A stretch of DNA of 64,000 nucleotides from Octopus bimaculoides (lineage: Eukaryota), in assembly GCF_001194135.2 (NCBI RefSeq), contig NC_068982.1:6732630-6796629 (forward strand), in the 5' to 3' direction. Made by a program: the position numbers and the translations under genes. Position 1 is the first letter of the stretch; every line of letters starts with the position of its first letter. Below are positions 50,119 through 61,185 of the stretch, one piece after another. The notes under the pieces are model-generated. The model ran no database searches. It worked only from the letters and a program-made list of their open reading frames with translations, and was not told the origin of the DNA.

Positions 50119-50247
50119 CAGCCAATATGGCTGGTAAGTATGATGTTTATAAGCTGTTTTCTCGTTTCGCATTCTACGGATATTCAGTCTTTGCCATGTA
50201 TAGGACTTCAAACATGAGGAAGAAATTTTTGATAACATAACAACAGC
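50119..50247 (-). CDS. Candidate exon (AVVMLSKISSSCLKSYTWQRLNIRRMRNEKTAYKHHTYQPYWL)
   Basis: Acceptor tctttgttgacttacag, donor CTG/GTAATT, 129 nt open, phase 0 to 0; the other two frames are closed. Confidence 0.35.
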
Positions 50248-50724
50248 CTGTAAGTCAACAAAGATTGAGCAGATAATATACCAGTCATTTTGCAATATAC
50301 CAACTAAAAAGATATGAATAAAGTTTTGTTTCTACTGATATGAACGATAATCCTTTTTCTTATTTAAGTTTGACATTTATTGTTATAATTCCTATTTCTC
50401 CAACTTCCATGTAACAAAACGTAAAAGGATACAACATCAACAGCAAAGGCAGAGAAAAGGCTCACATGTGTACACATCAAAACTCATTTAAAAAGACATG
50501 TGTCCTGGATATAAGTATTCTTCCCTTTATCCTTCTGTAATCTCGTGTAAAATGCAGAAAGTTTTCTTTGGAACCTTTATGTCAACAAACAAGCCTCTCT
50601 ATGAAACTGACTAATTTTATGGCAAAGGAAGGAATAACTTAGCCATCCTACCTCCTCCTGAAAGACTTTATGCCAGTTGGTTCATGATAATTTTATAATA
50701 TATTCACATCTAGCCGAAGAAATT

Positions 50725-51030
50725 GACCCCAGGGCTTATTCTTTGTAAGCCTAGTACTTATTCTATTGTTCTCTTTTTGCCGAACCGCTAAGTTTCAGGG
50801 ACGTAAACACACCAACATCGGTTTGTCAAGCGATGGCGGGAGGGGGACTGATACACACAAAAATAAATAAATAATATAAATATATATATATGATGAGCTT
50901 TCAGTTTCCGTCTACCAGATCCACTCACAAGGCTTTAGTGAGCCCGAGGTTGGAGAGGATACTTGCCCAAGGTGCCATGCAGTGGGACTGAACCCTGAAC
51001 CATGTGCATGGGAAGTAAGCTTTTTATACA
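50725..51030 (-). mobile_element. SINE family B
   Basis: ttattctttgtaagcctagtac...cccaaggtgccatgcagtgggactgaaccc. Confidence 0.85.
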
Positions 51031-51429
51031 TACATATGTACATACATACATATAGTATTAGAATTATTTAACAATAATGGTATTGGTTACAGGCTCCCAC
51101 CAGGCTAGTTTCTGGTTATCCAAGAAGAAGGCTCAATACTTGTGTTCTCAATGCGAAAGAGGATTAGCACATTTGATGTCTACCTTGAACATCTTTGTGA
51201 AGCTATTCGAGAGGATTGATGCGCTGGGGAGTAAGTACTGGGAGAACTCATCAGTTTAACATCACTTCCGATGGTGCAGAAAAACTATCACAAGTGATCT
51301 CGTCAAAAATCGCTAGTTTATTGATATTCAAGCTGATGTCTATCCTTAGCTAATACACGAAAGTGTAATACTATACACATACATTATACATATTTACACA
51401 AACTACAGAGGAACCGAAATACTTAATCA

Positions 51430-51560
51430 AGTTATGAAGTTTATGGAGAGATTAATAGCAGTATTGATGCATGACAGAGTCGACCAAGTTGAGAAACAGC
51501 TCGAGTTCGTTTTCAGAAGAGGCACTGTAGGTACAATCTTCCTAGTGGGACACCTGAAAG
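51430..51560 (+). mobile_element. RTE RT-domain fragment
   Basis: MKFMERLIAVLMHDRVDQVEKQLEFVFRRGTVGTIFLVGHL resembles the RTE QFGF...TTDAIFLVRQL region. Confidence 0.55.
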
Positions 51561-51849
51561 TCATCTCCTTTCCATTAAATTCTCCTGAAAGTCATCTCCT
51601 TTCCATTAAATTCTCCCTTAAATATGTATCAGCGGTCACCTCTCAACCGGCCCAATTTTTACAGTTTTCACCTTTCTTCCCTATCTATCACTCAACGCTT
51701 GTTCTCACTCATACTAGCCATATCTCACTCTGCCATACACTATTGCAACCTCAGCTCAGTTACACTGTTCTTCAAGCACCACTTCTGCTCACCTCGCATC
51801 TGAAGAACACATCCTGACACCTCATCACCAGTACAGGGTGTTCAAATAA

Positions 51850-52020
51850 GTATTTAAGGGTTTCCAGGCGATTCTTATACACTGATCCTTTACTTGCTCC
51901 CAAGAAAAAAAAGTCTGGCGGTGTTAAATCAGGTGATTTTGGTGGCCAGAGTCCCTTCCAAATAATCCGTTCACCGAAAAACTCTTGAAGTAGCGCCATG
52001 GTAATGCGCAGAATGAAAAA
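51850..52020 (-). mobile_element. Tc1/mariner (rosa/DD41D-like) transposase fragment
   Basis: FGERIIWKGLWPPKSPDLTPPDFFFLG. Confidence 0.8.
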
Positions 52021-53946
52021 CATTCGCTGTGGAGAAACGTTTTGAACATTCTGTATTTCTATCTCTGCCGTTTCACTCCTCTCATTCTGTTCGAATTATA
52101 GGAATAATATGAGTAACCGTGAACTTTTTCTACAATAAAAAACCTGTTCTTGTTCCTCCCTTCTCTCACATTTAAACTTCTCATCTCCTAACATAAGGCC
52201 ACCTTCTTCTCTAGTTTAATCTCTTTCAGTCTAAAAGAATTAATTTTTATGCGTCGTTGTATTTCACAATTATTTGAAATATTTTTCCTCAGCTCAAATT
52301 ATTATAAAAGGAAAAAAAATATATTGAAAATTGCATTTATATCGCATTCAAATTTCTATTTGAGTTGGTACATGACAATAATTTGATGGTTTTACAACCA
52401 CAAATTGGTCTCAAAAGCCAATTCGAAAACCATATTATATCTGGACGATATGACTGTAAGATTGAATTTTCAAGGGTACAGTTGGCTGATTGCTATTAAC
52501 GTGTCAGAGAAATTATTAATCTGTCGTGAATGTTAATGAATGTTGAGTCTTCTTACTAAGTTATAAACTGTGTTTGTTAGTTCTGCGTTCCACTTAAATT
52601 GGAATTGTGGACAAAAAAAAAAAACGCTCGTACTACAAACTGGCAGGAATCTCATTTTGGTTTACGTAATTTCAGCTCTGTTTATAGAGCCAGTGGTTAA
52701 TCTCTGTCTGTCTCTCGTTTTCTGATATATTGTATTGAAAAAGACTCTTCAGACTGAATATTAAAAAACAAACGAAAAGTGTTCTGCTAAAAATTACTAC
52801 AGCACGAATTTTTCTTTTCCTCAGCCACCCACTCAAAATTTGTTCCAAAAGAAACCGTATTTTTAATATGGCGTCCTAGTGCCAATACATCATCCTTGCA
52901 ACTGTACTACGATATGGAGGTAACGTTGCCCTACAATCTACTAGAAAACATCACCTCCAGATCATTTAATCATCATCCTACATGTTCTAGGATGAATGAA
53001 TATATATATATNNNNNNNNNNNNNNNNNNNNNNNNNNNNNNNNNNNNNNNNNNNNNNNNNNNNNNNNNNNNNNNNNNNNNNNNNNNNNNNNNNNNNNNNN
53101 NNNNNNNNNNNNNNNNNNNNNNNNNNNNNNNNNNNNNNNNNNNNNNNNNNNNNNNNNNNNNNNNNNNNNNNNNNNNNNNNNNNNNNNNNNNNNNNNNNNN
53201 NNNNNNNNNNNNNNNNNNNNNNNNNNNNNNNNNNNNNNNNNNNNNNNNNNNNNNNNNNNNNNNNNNNNNNNNNNNNNNNNNNNNNNNNNNNNNNNNNNNN
53301 NNNNNNNNNNNNNNNNNNNNNNNNNNNNNNNNNNNNNNNNNNNNNNNNNNNNNNNNNNNNNNNNNNNNNNNNNNNNNNNNNNNNNNNNNNNNNNNNNNNN
53401 NNNNNNNNNNNNNNNNNNNNNNNNNNNNNNNNNNNNNNNNNNNNNNNNNNNNNNNNNNNNNNNNNNNNNNNNNNNNNNNNNNNNNNNNNNNNNNNNNNNN
53501 NNNNNNNNNNNNNNNNNNNNNNNNNNNNNNNNNNNNNNNNNNNNNNNNNNNNNNNNNNNNNNNNNNNNNNNNNNNNNNNNNNNNNNNNNNNNNNNNNNNN
53601 NNNNNNNNNNNNNNNNNNNNNNNNNNNNNNNNNNNNNNNNNNNNNNNNNNNNNNNNNNNNNNNNNNNNNNNNNNNNNNNNNNNNNNNNNNNNNNNNNNNN
53701 NNNNNNNNNNNNNNNNNNNNNNNNNNNNNNNNNNNNNNNNNNNNNNNNNNNNNNNNNNNNNNNNNNNNNNNNNNNNNNNNNNNNNNNNNNNNNNNNNNNN
53801 NNNNNNNNNNNNNNNNNNNNNNNNNNNNNNNNNNNNNNNNNNNNNNNNNNNNNNNNNNNNNNNNNNNNNNNNNNNNNNNNNNNNNNNNNNNNNNNNNNNN
53901 NNNNNNNNNNNNNNNNNNNNNNNNNNNNNNNNNNNNNNNNNNNNNN

Positions 53947-53991
<45 letters not shown>

Positions 53992-54225
53992 TATGGTGAA
54001 AATTGTTTGGGCTTTCCGTAATCTTAAGACTGGTAGCAGTCAGTGTTTTAAATCAGCCACCAAAGACGATCCCAAATCTGGACGATCTCCAAGGTTAACA
54101 AATAATATTCACATAGCATAAAACATGCTATCATCATTGAAAATCATTTAAGTGTTAGTAAAGTTTCTGAAGAAATGGGTATCTTTAAATGTTTGTGTCA
54201 CATTATTTTAAAAGAAAAATTGGAA

Positions 54226-54444
54226 AGACTACCTTTTGTACCCCCTCCATAAATTTTTTTTTAATATTACACATGGTAATATTATATAATATTACTTAAT
54301 ATAGAAATGAAGTTTTTGTAATAGAAATTCTAAATTTTTATGACTCATCATTATTCTCATAAGACATGGTAGGAAATCAATTTTCCACCGTGTGTAATAT
54401 TAAAAAAAAAAAACCTTTATGGGGATGGGTACAAAAGGAAGTCT
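54226..54444. mobile_element. MITE with ~55-bp TIRs
   Basis: agactaccttttgtaccccctccataaa...aatattacacatgg mirrored by ccgtgtgtaatatt...tttatggggatgggtacaaaaggaagtct. Confidence 0.7.
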
Positions 54445-55089
54445 TTATGGAAAATTAAAGATGCTCCTATTTCTTTTTCTGCTGTATCTGATAACAGTAG
54501 AACAGAAACGGAACAGTGTATAGCGGCTGTCGTTGACTGTTCAAGTGCGTGTTATTAAATAGAAAAACAGTATGAATTACCATATGACATTTTTGTGTAT
54601 AAATATACTGTTTAAGCATGTGGTATGATACAAAAACGTGTTTACATACAAAGAAAGTTTTGATTTTTGCACTGAAAGAAATAATATACAATATTTGTAT
54701 TACAGTATGTACGCTTGTGTGTAACGAGAACAGTCATTATGAGAATGTGTGTGTGATAAAATATCTTTGTACGAACCATATATCTTGTGTCGTGGTGAAT
54801 AGACATGTGAGTCGCACGTGGAGCTAGAGAGAAAACATGTGTCTTTGACCGAAGCCTGACAGGAACTGAGAGTTTCTACCGCGCAGCTCAGAACGAAACT
54901 AGTGTCTCAGAATGAGGCTACTTTATCAAAGCGAGGCTGGTGTCGCAGAATGAGGCTACTTTATCAAAGCGAGGCTAGACGCCTTATCGATATATTCATC
55001 TGCTGTGCAGGTCGACTCATATATTACAATGTAATATGTAGCTCTGCTCAAGTGTCACAGTTAGTCACAGTTACTGGACAAAGTTTCTG

Positions 55090-55655
55090 GAAATTTTGAT
55101 AATGAAAGATGAAACGTAACGTAGGTTAATTGCTAAAATGTTAAAACCCCAAAAAAGTGATTGTCACGAAGAGTGGGATCTGCGATGCTGCGAACAAAAT
55201 ATTGCTCTCCCAAGCTGCCCAAAAGTTAAAACGATGTTCACCTTTCCGATAAGAAGCTATTCAATATAGCTTCGTTCCATGTGGTCAAATGATCGAAGTT
55301 CTACCTTGATGTCGTAAGGCATTTTAAGGAACTAATAAGAGGCTTGGATCATGGAGCTGGACAAGCAAAACCTGTAAACTGCATCACGACAACGTATCTG
55401 CTGACGTGTTTCTCTTTATTTGCGACGAGTTTGCAAAACATTAACTATCTCTCATCTCACGATCGTTCTACTCTGCAGGTTTGGTTCCTGTAGATTACGA
55501 TTTCCTCAAGTTCGAACCAACTCCCGAAGCGTTGCCCATTTCAGATGATTTATGACATCAAAAATTCTCTAAGAGAGCTGCACACTACCTGAGAAAACAC
55601 ATTCTAACGAAACTGAGAAAACTTTTGGAAACGATGTATGAACAATCGAAGGAAC
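55090..55655 (+). mobile_element. Heavily decayed mariner 3' half
   Basis: FVPCGQMI..., LHHDNVSA, FYSAGLVPVDY (YSPDLAP-like). Confidence 0.7.
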
Positions 55656-55656
55656 T

Positions 55657-55952
55657 GTTCTATAATTAAGAGATGAGGAATTATGTACATTATTCACATT
55701 TGACGGATATTTGGGCATATGGCGTAGTGGTTAAGAGCGCGGGCTACTAACCCCAAGATTCCGAGTTCGATTCCAGGCAGCGACCTGAATAATAATAATA
55801 ATAATAATAACATCGAAAAATACCTTAGGAGTGAAAACCCAGCTTCGAAATTTCCCCAAGACACCTGAAGAAGGCTGGAGGATATATCAGCCTAAACGTT
55901 GTGTTAACAACAAACAAGATGAGGACAAATATCCATCAAATGTAAATAATGT
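55657..55952 (+). mobile_element. Family H SINE with a ~56-bp inverted 5' tail, inserted in the mariner
   Basis: Inverted tail 55657-55712; CpG-intact head GGGCATATGGCGTAGTGGTTAAGAGCGC...GAGTTCGATTCC; imperfect TSD aatcgaaggaact/aattgaaagaact. Confidence 0.9.
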
Positions 55953-56039
55953 AATTGAAAGAACTATTTTATTGGTGATAATTTTAATTAAATTGTATGT
56001 AAATCAATAAATTGATTTTTAAAACATTTCACTTATTTT

Positions 56040-56050
56040 GCGGCCATCTT
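56040..56050 (-). promoter_or_regulatory. YY1-like motif in a CpG-retaining zone
   Basis: GCGGCCATCTT (AAGATGGCCGC on minus); motif match only. Confidence 0.25.
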
Positions 56051-56499
56051 CGTGTATGTGTGTGTGAAGAAATAATTTTCGTTTATTTTTATGGAAACAA
56101 AAAAAAAAGATATATAGAACTGCAAAAAAAATGTGCAGAAGTGAAACTGAGACAAAAATTATTGATTAGAGAACAAACATCAAATTTGGGCCAACGACTT
56201 TATATAACCCCACGCTTCTATACATCATATACAAAGAATACCATGACCTTCAACATATGACAGAACTACATATATAAACACCGAAGGTAAAAAAAAACAT
56301 AAAAATCACCAAAATATATAGAAGGACCTGTTCGGAAAAATGTATATAAAAATTGACTAAAATACATGATTAAAATGGATTATTAAAACCTATCAAACGA
56401 CTAAAAAATATTTACCCATCGATTAAAAACATATCCATTCAGCTTTATTCAAGGTGTTACCATTACAAGTCTTTGTAGCCAACTGAGGAATTAGGAATT

Positions 56500-57183
56500 T
56501 GATAGTTTCATTCTTTCCATCTCTGTATCTTGAAAAAGTGAAAATACTGGTGTGGGAGCCAGCCCACTTACGCGTAACATTCCTTCTTTGGACACTAAAC
56601 TCCGCTTGCGAAGACCTGTTGAGGCAAGTGAAATCGAAATCGAACTAAATTTGTAGACTGGCACCCATGCCAACGTCTCTTCATTCAACACTAAACTCGG
56701 CTTGCGAAGACCTGTTGGGGCAAGCGAAAGCGAAATCGTGATGGCACCTGTACCAGTAGATCACTAAGAGCACCGTCCGAGCGTGATCGTTGCCAGAGCA
56801 CCAGCTGTCTGGCTTTCGTGCTGGGGGAACGTAAATAGCACTATTTGAGCGTGATCGTTACCAACGTCGCCCTCCTGGCACGTGAAAAGACATTCGAGCG
56901 AGTTTGTTGTCAGTGCTTCTGGACTAGCTCCTGTGCAGGTGATACGTAAAATACACCATTTCGAGCGTGGTCGTTGCCAGTACCTCCTGACTGGCCTTCG
57001 TGCCGGTGGCACGTAAAAGCACCCACTACACTCTCGGAGTGGTTGGCGTTAGGAAGGGCATCCAACTGTAGAAACTCTGCCAAATCAGATTGTAGCCTGG
57101 TGTAGCCATCTGGTTCACCAGTCCTCAGTCAAATCGTCCAACCCATGCTAGCATGGAAAGTGGACGTTAAATGATGATGATGA
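56500..57183 (+). mobile_element. Best-preserved family C (RTE 3'-UTR-type) modular repeat
   Basis: Two gcttgcgaagacctgttg...gaaa units, four gagcgt(g)...cgttgccag modules, (GAT)n tail. Confidence 0.85.
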
Positions 57184-57246
57184 AATATCTGGGAGAAAAC
57201 GTCATTTGAAAAAAGAAATCGAAACAAAAATGTAATATGTCTTTAA

Positions 57247-57453
57247 CCTTTAGCATTTAAAGTTGCCATACCTGTCTGTTTTCTGTTCACACCAGCTAGA
57301 TCTGGCCTCTCACACCTACCCTACAATACCATTCTAAAAATATACGATCAAATCATTGAAATCTCAAAGCTATAGGATAATTCATGATCAATTCAAAACA
57401 ATGTGAATAAATAAGCATTACATTTGACAGAGTAATTTTGAATGCTGAAAGGG
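57247..57453. mobile_element. MITE family P1
   Basis: TTAA flanks; ccttt agcattt...gaatgctgaaaggg; homologous to 1035-1249. Confidence 0.8.
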
Positions 57454-59859
57454 TTAAAGGGTTAAATTGAATTCACAATTGTTAACATTCACCAACCTTC
57501 ATGAACTAAAATATATCGGAGGAAAAAAAATTTAAGGCATCACAGAAGAAAAATCCCATTAAAAGAACAAAACTAATATAAATTTCAAACAAAATGAAGC
57601 TAAATGAAAAATAAATTAAAACTGTGGATATTAAAACAGATGATGACTAAACTTTTGCCGAATTCCTTTTATATTTTTTAAATTTTTGTTTGTTTTTTAA
57701 AAATGTTTTTGCCTTTCAGTTGCTTAATCTCTCTTTTACTATCAAGTAAAAGGCTACATTTATTCAACGGCCAGTGTTACAATATGTAAATACCTACAGA
57801 CAACTGCTTTCCTGTAATTTTACCTTGAAGCAGTAATTTGATACATTTGATAAATGATCTTTTATTTCTTAATCATGCACTCAAACTTACTTCCAGCAGT
57901 ACAAATGCTATTTGCTTTAAGCTCTGAAATCAATACTTGCATTATTGATGATGTTTTTAGAACTTGCTATTAGTTGTTTAGCAATCTAATTAGCTGTAGC
58001 TATCATCCATCAAGTGCAAGTGAAATTCAATTAACATTACTGGGAACAAGGGGAAAAGTTGTTTTAATTTTATATTCTATTATATTGAGATAAAATTCAC
58101 TTGTATTTCCATTAATTACAAAATATATGTTATCCAAATCGTATAATATTTCAATGTGTCAGATATATGCTTACCATTATGGATCATCACCAGATTACTT
58201 CTGAAGGTGCCTAAATATGAGTTAGTGGTGTCATATTTTTCATAGCTAATAATAGTACAGCTAATGGACATTTATATTCATAGATACATTGATATCCTTT
58301 ACATATCATTCCATTCTCAGCGACTTAAAGATTAATCCAATTTGAAAAACTTTGAAAATTTGGGAAAACTAAAAATCAACACTGTATATTAGAATTAAAC
58401 TAAATTACTTAAAGCCAATTTCAACTTACTCAGTCTAAAATGTATACACATGATTAGTATTGTGTGAATCATAATTAAGTGTAACCTTCTTGGATGACTT
58501 CCCATAAGACTTTAGCAATTCTACTAAAAGTTGTAAAACTAGAAAGTAGCTTTCTTATCATTTGATGCATACCAAAATAGATTGTTTTAAAGTTAGCAAT
58601 TTCCGTATTCGACACTATTTTCATTATGCACAATATATTTTCCAGCTAACATACTTTGATGACCTCTAGTGTTAATGTTTTGAGTCTAATATTAGAGGTT
58701 ATGCATAAAAAAAATTACATTAAAATATATAAAATATACAAAAGAAAACTGAGAAGCTTTCAGCAGAATTTTTTCATTAGAATATATCGAATCAGCCCCT
58801 GCATCGATTTCGCTCTCTAAAATTAGCATCGCAATAGTATTGTGTTCGTAGGCTGCACACTGAAATACTTGCAAAGATAAGAAAAACTTAAAGGTAAAAT
58901 AATTGATAGCTAATTTGTGACACCAGCTAATTGCCAAAAAGCCCAAAGTAATTTCCCATAGGAAATATCTGAGGGAATCCTTGAAATGCTTCCATTGAAA
59001 GTTTATGAAGCATGTTCTCTGTCGTTTGGTATCTTGTTCTTGTAATTTATAATTAATACCATGTTCTTCTGCAAGAAGATACACGTACACACAAAAATGA
59101 AGGAAAACACTTTCATACAATCTAGATTTAGGCTTTGTAATAATAGAGAAACTTAATTAAGTACAGTGGTATGTAATTAATGAGTTTGGTTAATGAAGTT
59201 GACATGATGAGAACTAGTCATAAGTTTCACTGTACATTGACCTATACAACTGAAACAAACACTGTATATATTTCGGTAGAATTCTTTAGATTGATGTGAA
59301 TTCATTACATTATGCTTTTCAAACAATTTAATTATGAGACTTTTCGTTTATAACTTCAGATGTTGTTTAATGGCTGATTTGAAGGTACCTTAATTAGTCA
59401 TTGTTCTTCCTTTGTTTTTGGCGAAAACCAATTTCCTTCATTGTTGAGGGTAACATAGCCAGAGTCTTAATTTATGACTTAAATAAAAGGCTTAAGTTGG
59501 TGTGAGTAGTAATTGTAGTAGCGGTAGTAGTAGTGGTGGTGGTTGAGTGTGTTATAGCATTTAGTTTTATCATTTTATAATCAGAATTCAAATCTGTTTT
59601 GAAGCCAGCCATGAATTTCAACCCCACCATCTGATCTGGATTGCTGTTATTGTTTAGCCCCAGGTAAGTTTGATCAAGCAGACTAAATTTTGACTAATTT
59701 GGATACAGTGAACTTGAAAATCAGATTTGTTTTTGCCAGTGACATCAATATTTAGTTCAATACTATAGCTCTAGTTTTAATCACTAGTCTTAAGGATCAA
59801 GTTAATTCGTTCCTATTGCAATTCAATTATTGGGGCATGAATTTTATTTCACCTGCACC

Positions 59860-60115
59860 ATCACCATGTAGACACCACCTGTGCCAGTGCCACATGTAAA
59901 ATACCTGTACTGGCATCATGTAAAAAGTACCAATGCTGGTGCCATGTAAAAGGCATCCAGCACACTGTGCAAAGTAGCAGGCATTAGGAATGGAATCCAG
60001 CCACAGAAACCATCTGAAAACTGGCAGCTGGAGGCTGGTGTTGCCCTCCAAATTGCCAGTTCTTGTCAAACTGTCCAACCCATGCCAGTATGGGAAGCAG
60101 ACATTAAATGATGAT
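59860..60115 (+). mobile_element. Family C repeat, degraded
   Basis: ggcattaggaatggaatccagcc...ctgtccaacccatgccagtatgggaagcagacattaaatgatga. Confidence 0.7.
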
Positions 60116-60854
60116 TTCCCTTTCTTTTCAGTCTTCAGCTTTCAACCATTCTGACACAGAATTAACATTGGTGTAAGTTCCATTCAACATTCAGCTAGGG
60201 CATGGTTTATTGGTGGTATCCGTTTCCTCAGAATGTAGCTGTCTTTACCTTCCGTATCATGGGATTACATGATTACTGTCAGCAATAAATTTTCTTAATC
60301 AGTGAAGGAATTGATAATGACCTGATTACAATCATAATGTTTATTAAATTGTGATGCTTTAGGTCTATTCTTTGGTACATTTTAGGATGCTGATTCCAAA
60401 TATAACATTGGTTTTACAAATCAGAATGAGTTTTGGAGACACAACATAACACTTTATCTATATACTGTATCCACTCGTGCATTGAAATCAGGGATCGCAG
60501 TTGTACATAACATTTGTTGCATAAGACATTAAGCTTATATTTTTGCATATTTAAGGCACCAGCTCCAAGAAATTGTATTAGTATTGATGCTGGTTTAAAT
60601 CAAGCAATGGTTTGTGGCTAGCGTAGCCATTAGTATTCCTAATGAACTGGCATAAGTACTTCTGTAAATTAATTCAATCTAAATTAAGTTTAATTAATTA
60701 TGTATCTTAAATATGTAACTAAAGAAAACTTCTGTATATTTCAAACGAAGCAGCTGTTGATTGTAATTAAAAAATGATCTATTTGTGAAATTTATGCTTT
60801 TCAATCTCTAATTATAAAAATACTTTGCTTTCATAGATTGTTTTAACCATTTAA

Positions 60855-60890
<36 letters not shown>

Positions 60891-61185
60891 GTGAGTAGCA
60901 AAGAGGTACAGGTGTCAATTCATTATGGCTGTTTCCAATGACTCCTTTAATTGATTAATGAGAACACTATGTCATTGCAAAGATAGTAGCAAGATCAATA
61001 AAAATAGTTTTACTCTGTGAAATTAACTATGTTGAATAAGTTGAACTGTACTTTATGTTTGAAGTTCATGAATTAATCTGACGAAAACAGTTTCTTTGCA
61101 ATGATGTAATGTTCTCATTAATCAATTAAACAGGTCGTTAGAAATGACCATAATGAATTGACTCTTGTACCTCTTCGTTACACAC
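60891..61185. mobile_element. MITE with ~95-bp imperfect TIRs
   Basis: aagaggtacaggtgtcaattcattatgg...ttaattgattaatgagaaca...cattgcaaaga mirrored at 61093-61185. Confidence 0.8.

Noticed and set aside
52896-53999. 330-367 aa ORFs (also 62684-63140)
   Set aside because: Artefacts of N gaps translated as X.
54903-54976. 36-bp tandem duplication (also a 31-bp one at ~51555-51617)
   Set aside because: Ordinary local slippage duplications with no further structure.
55713-55785. Possible genuine tRNA gene
   Set aside because: The acceptor stem does not pair and the head is always joined to the family H body; it is a SINE head.
56593-56740. ctgttgaggcaagtgaaa in family C resembles a hammerhead core
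   Set aside because: Stem II and stem III cannot be formed consistently, and the RTE-linked copy reads gtaaaa.
56769-56990. Spaced ~25-bp repeats that superficially resemble a CRISPR array
   Set aside because: Eukaryotic context, degenerate repeats and mutually related spacers; they are internal modules of an RTE 3' UTR.
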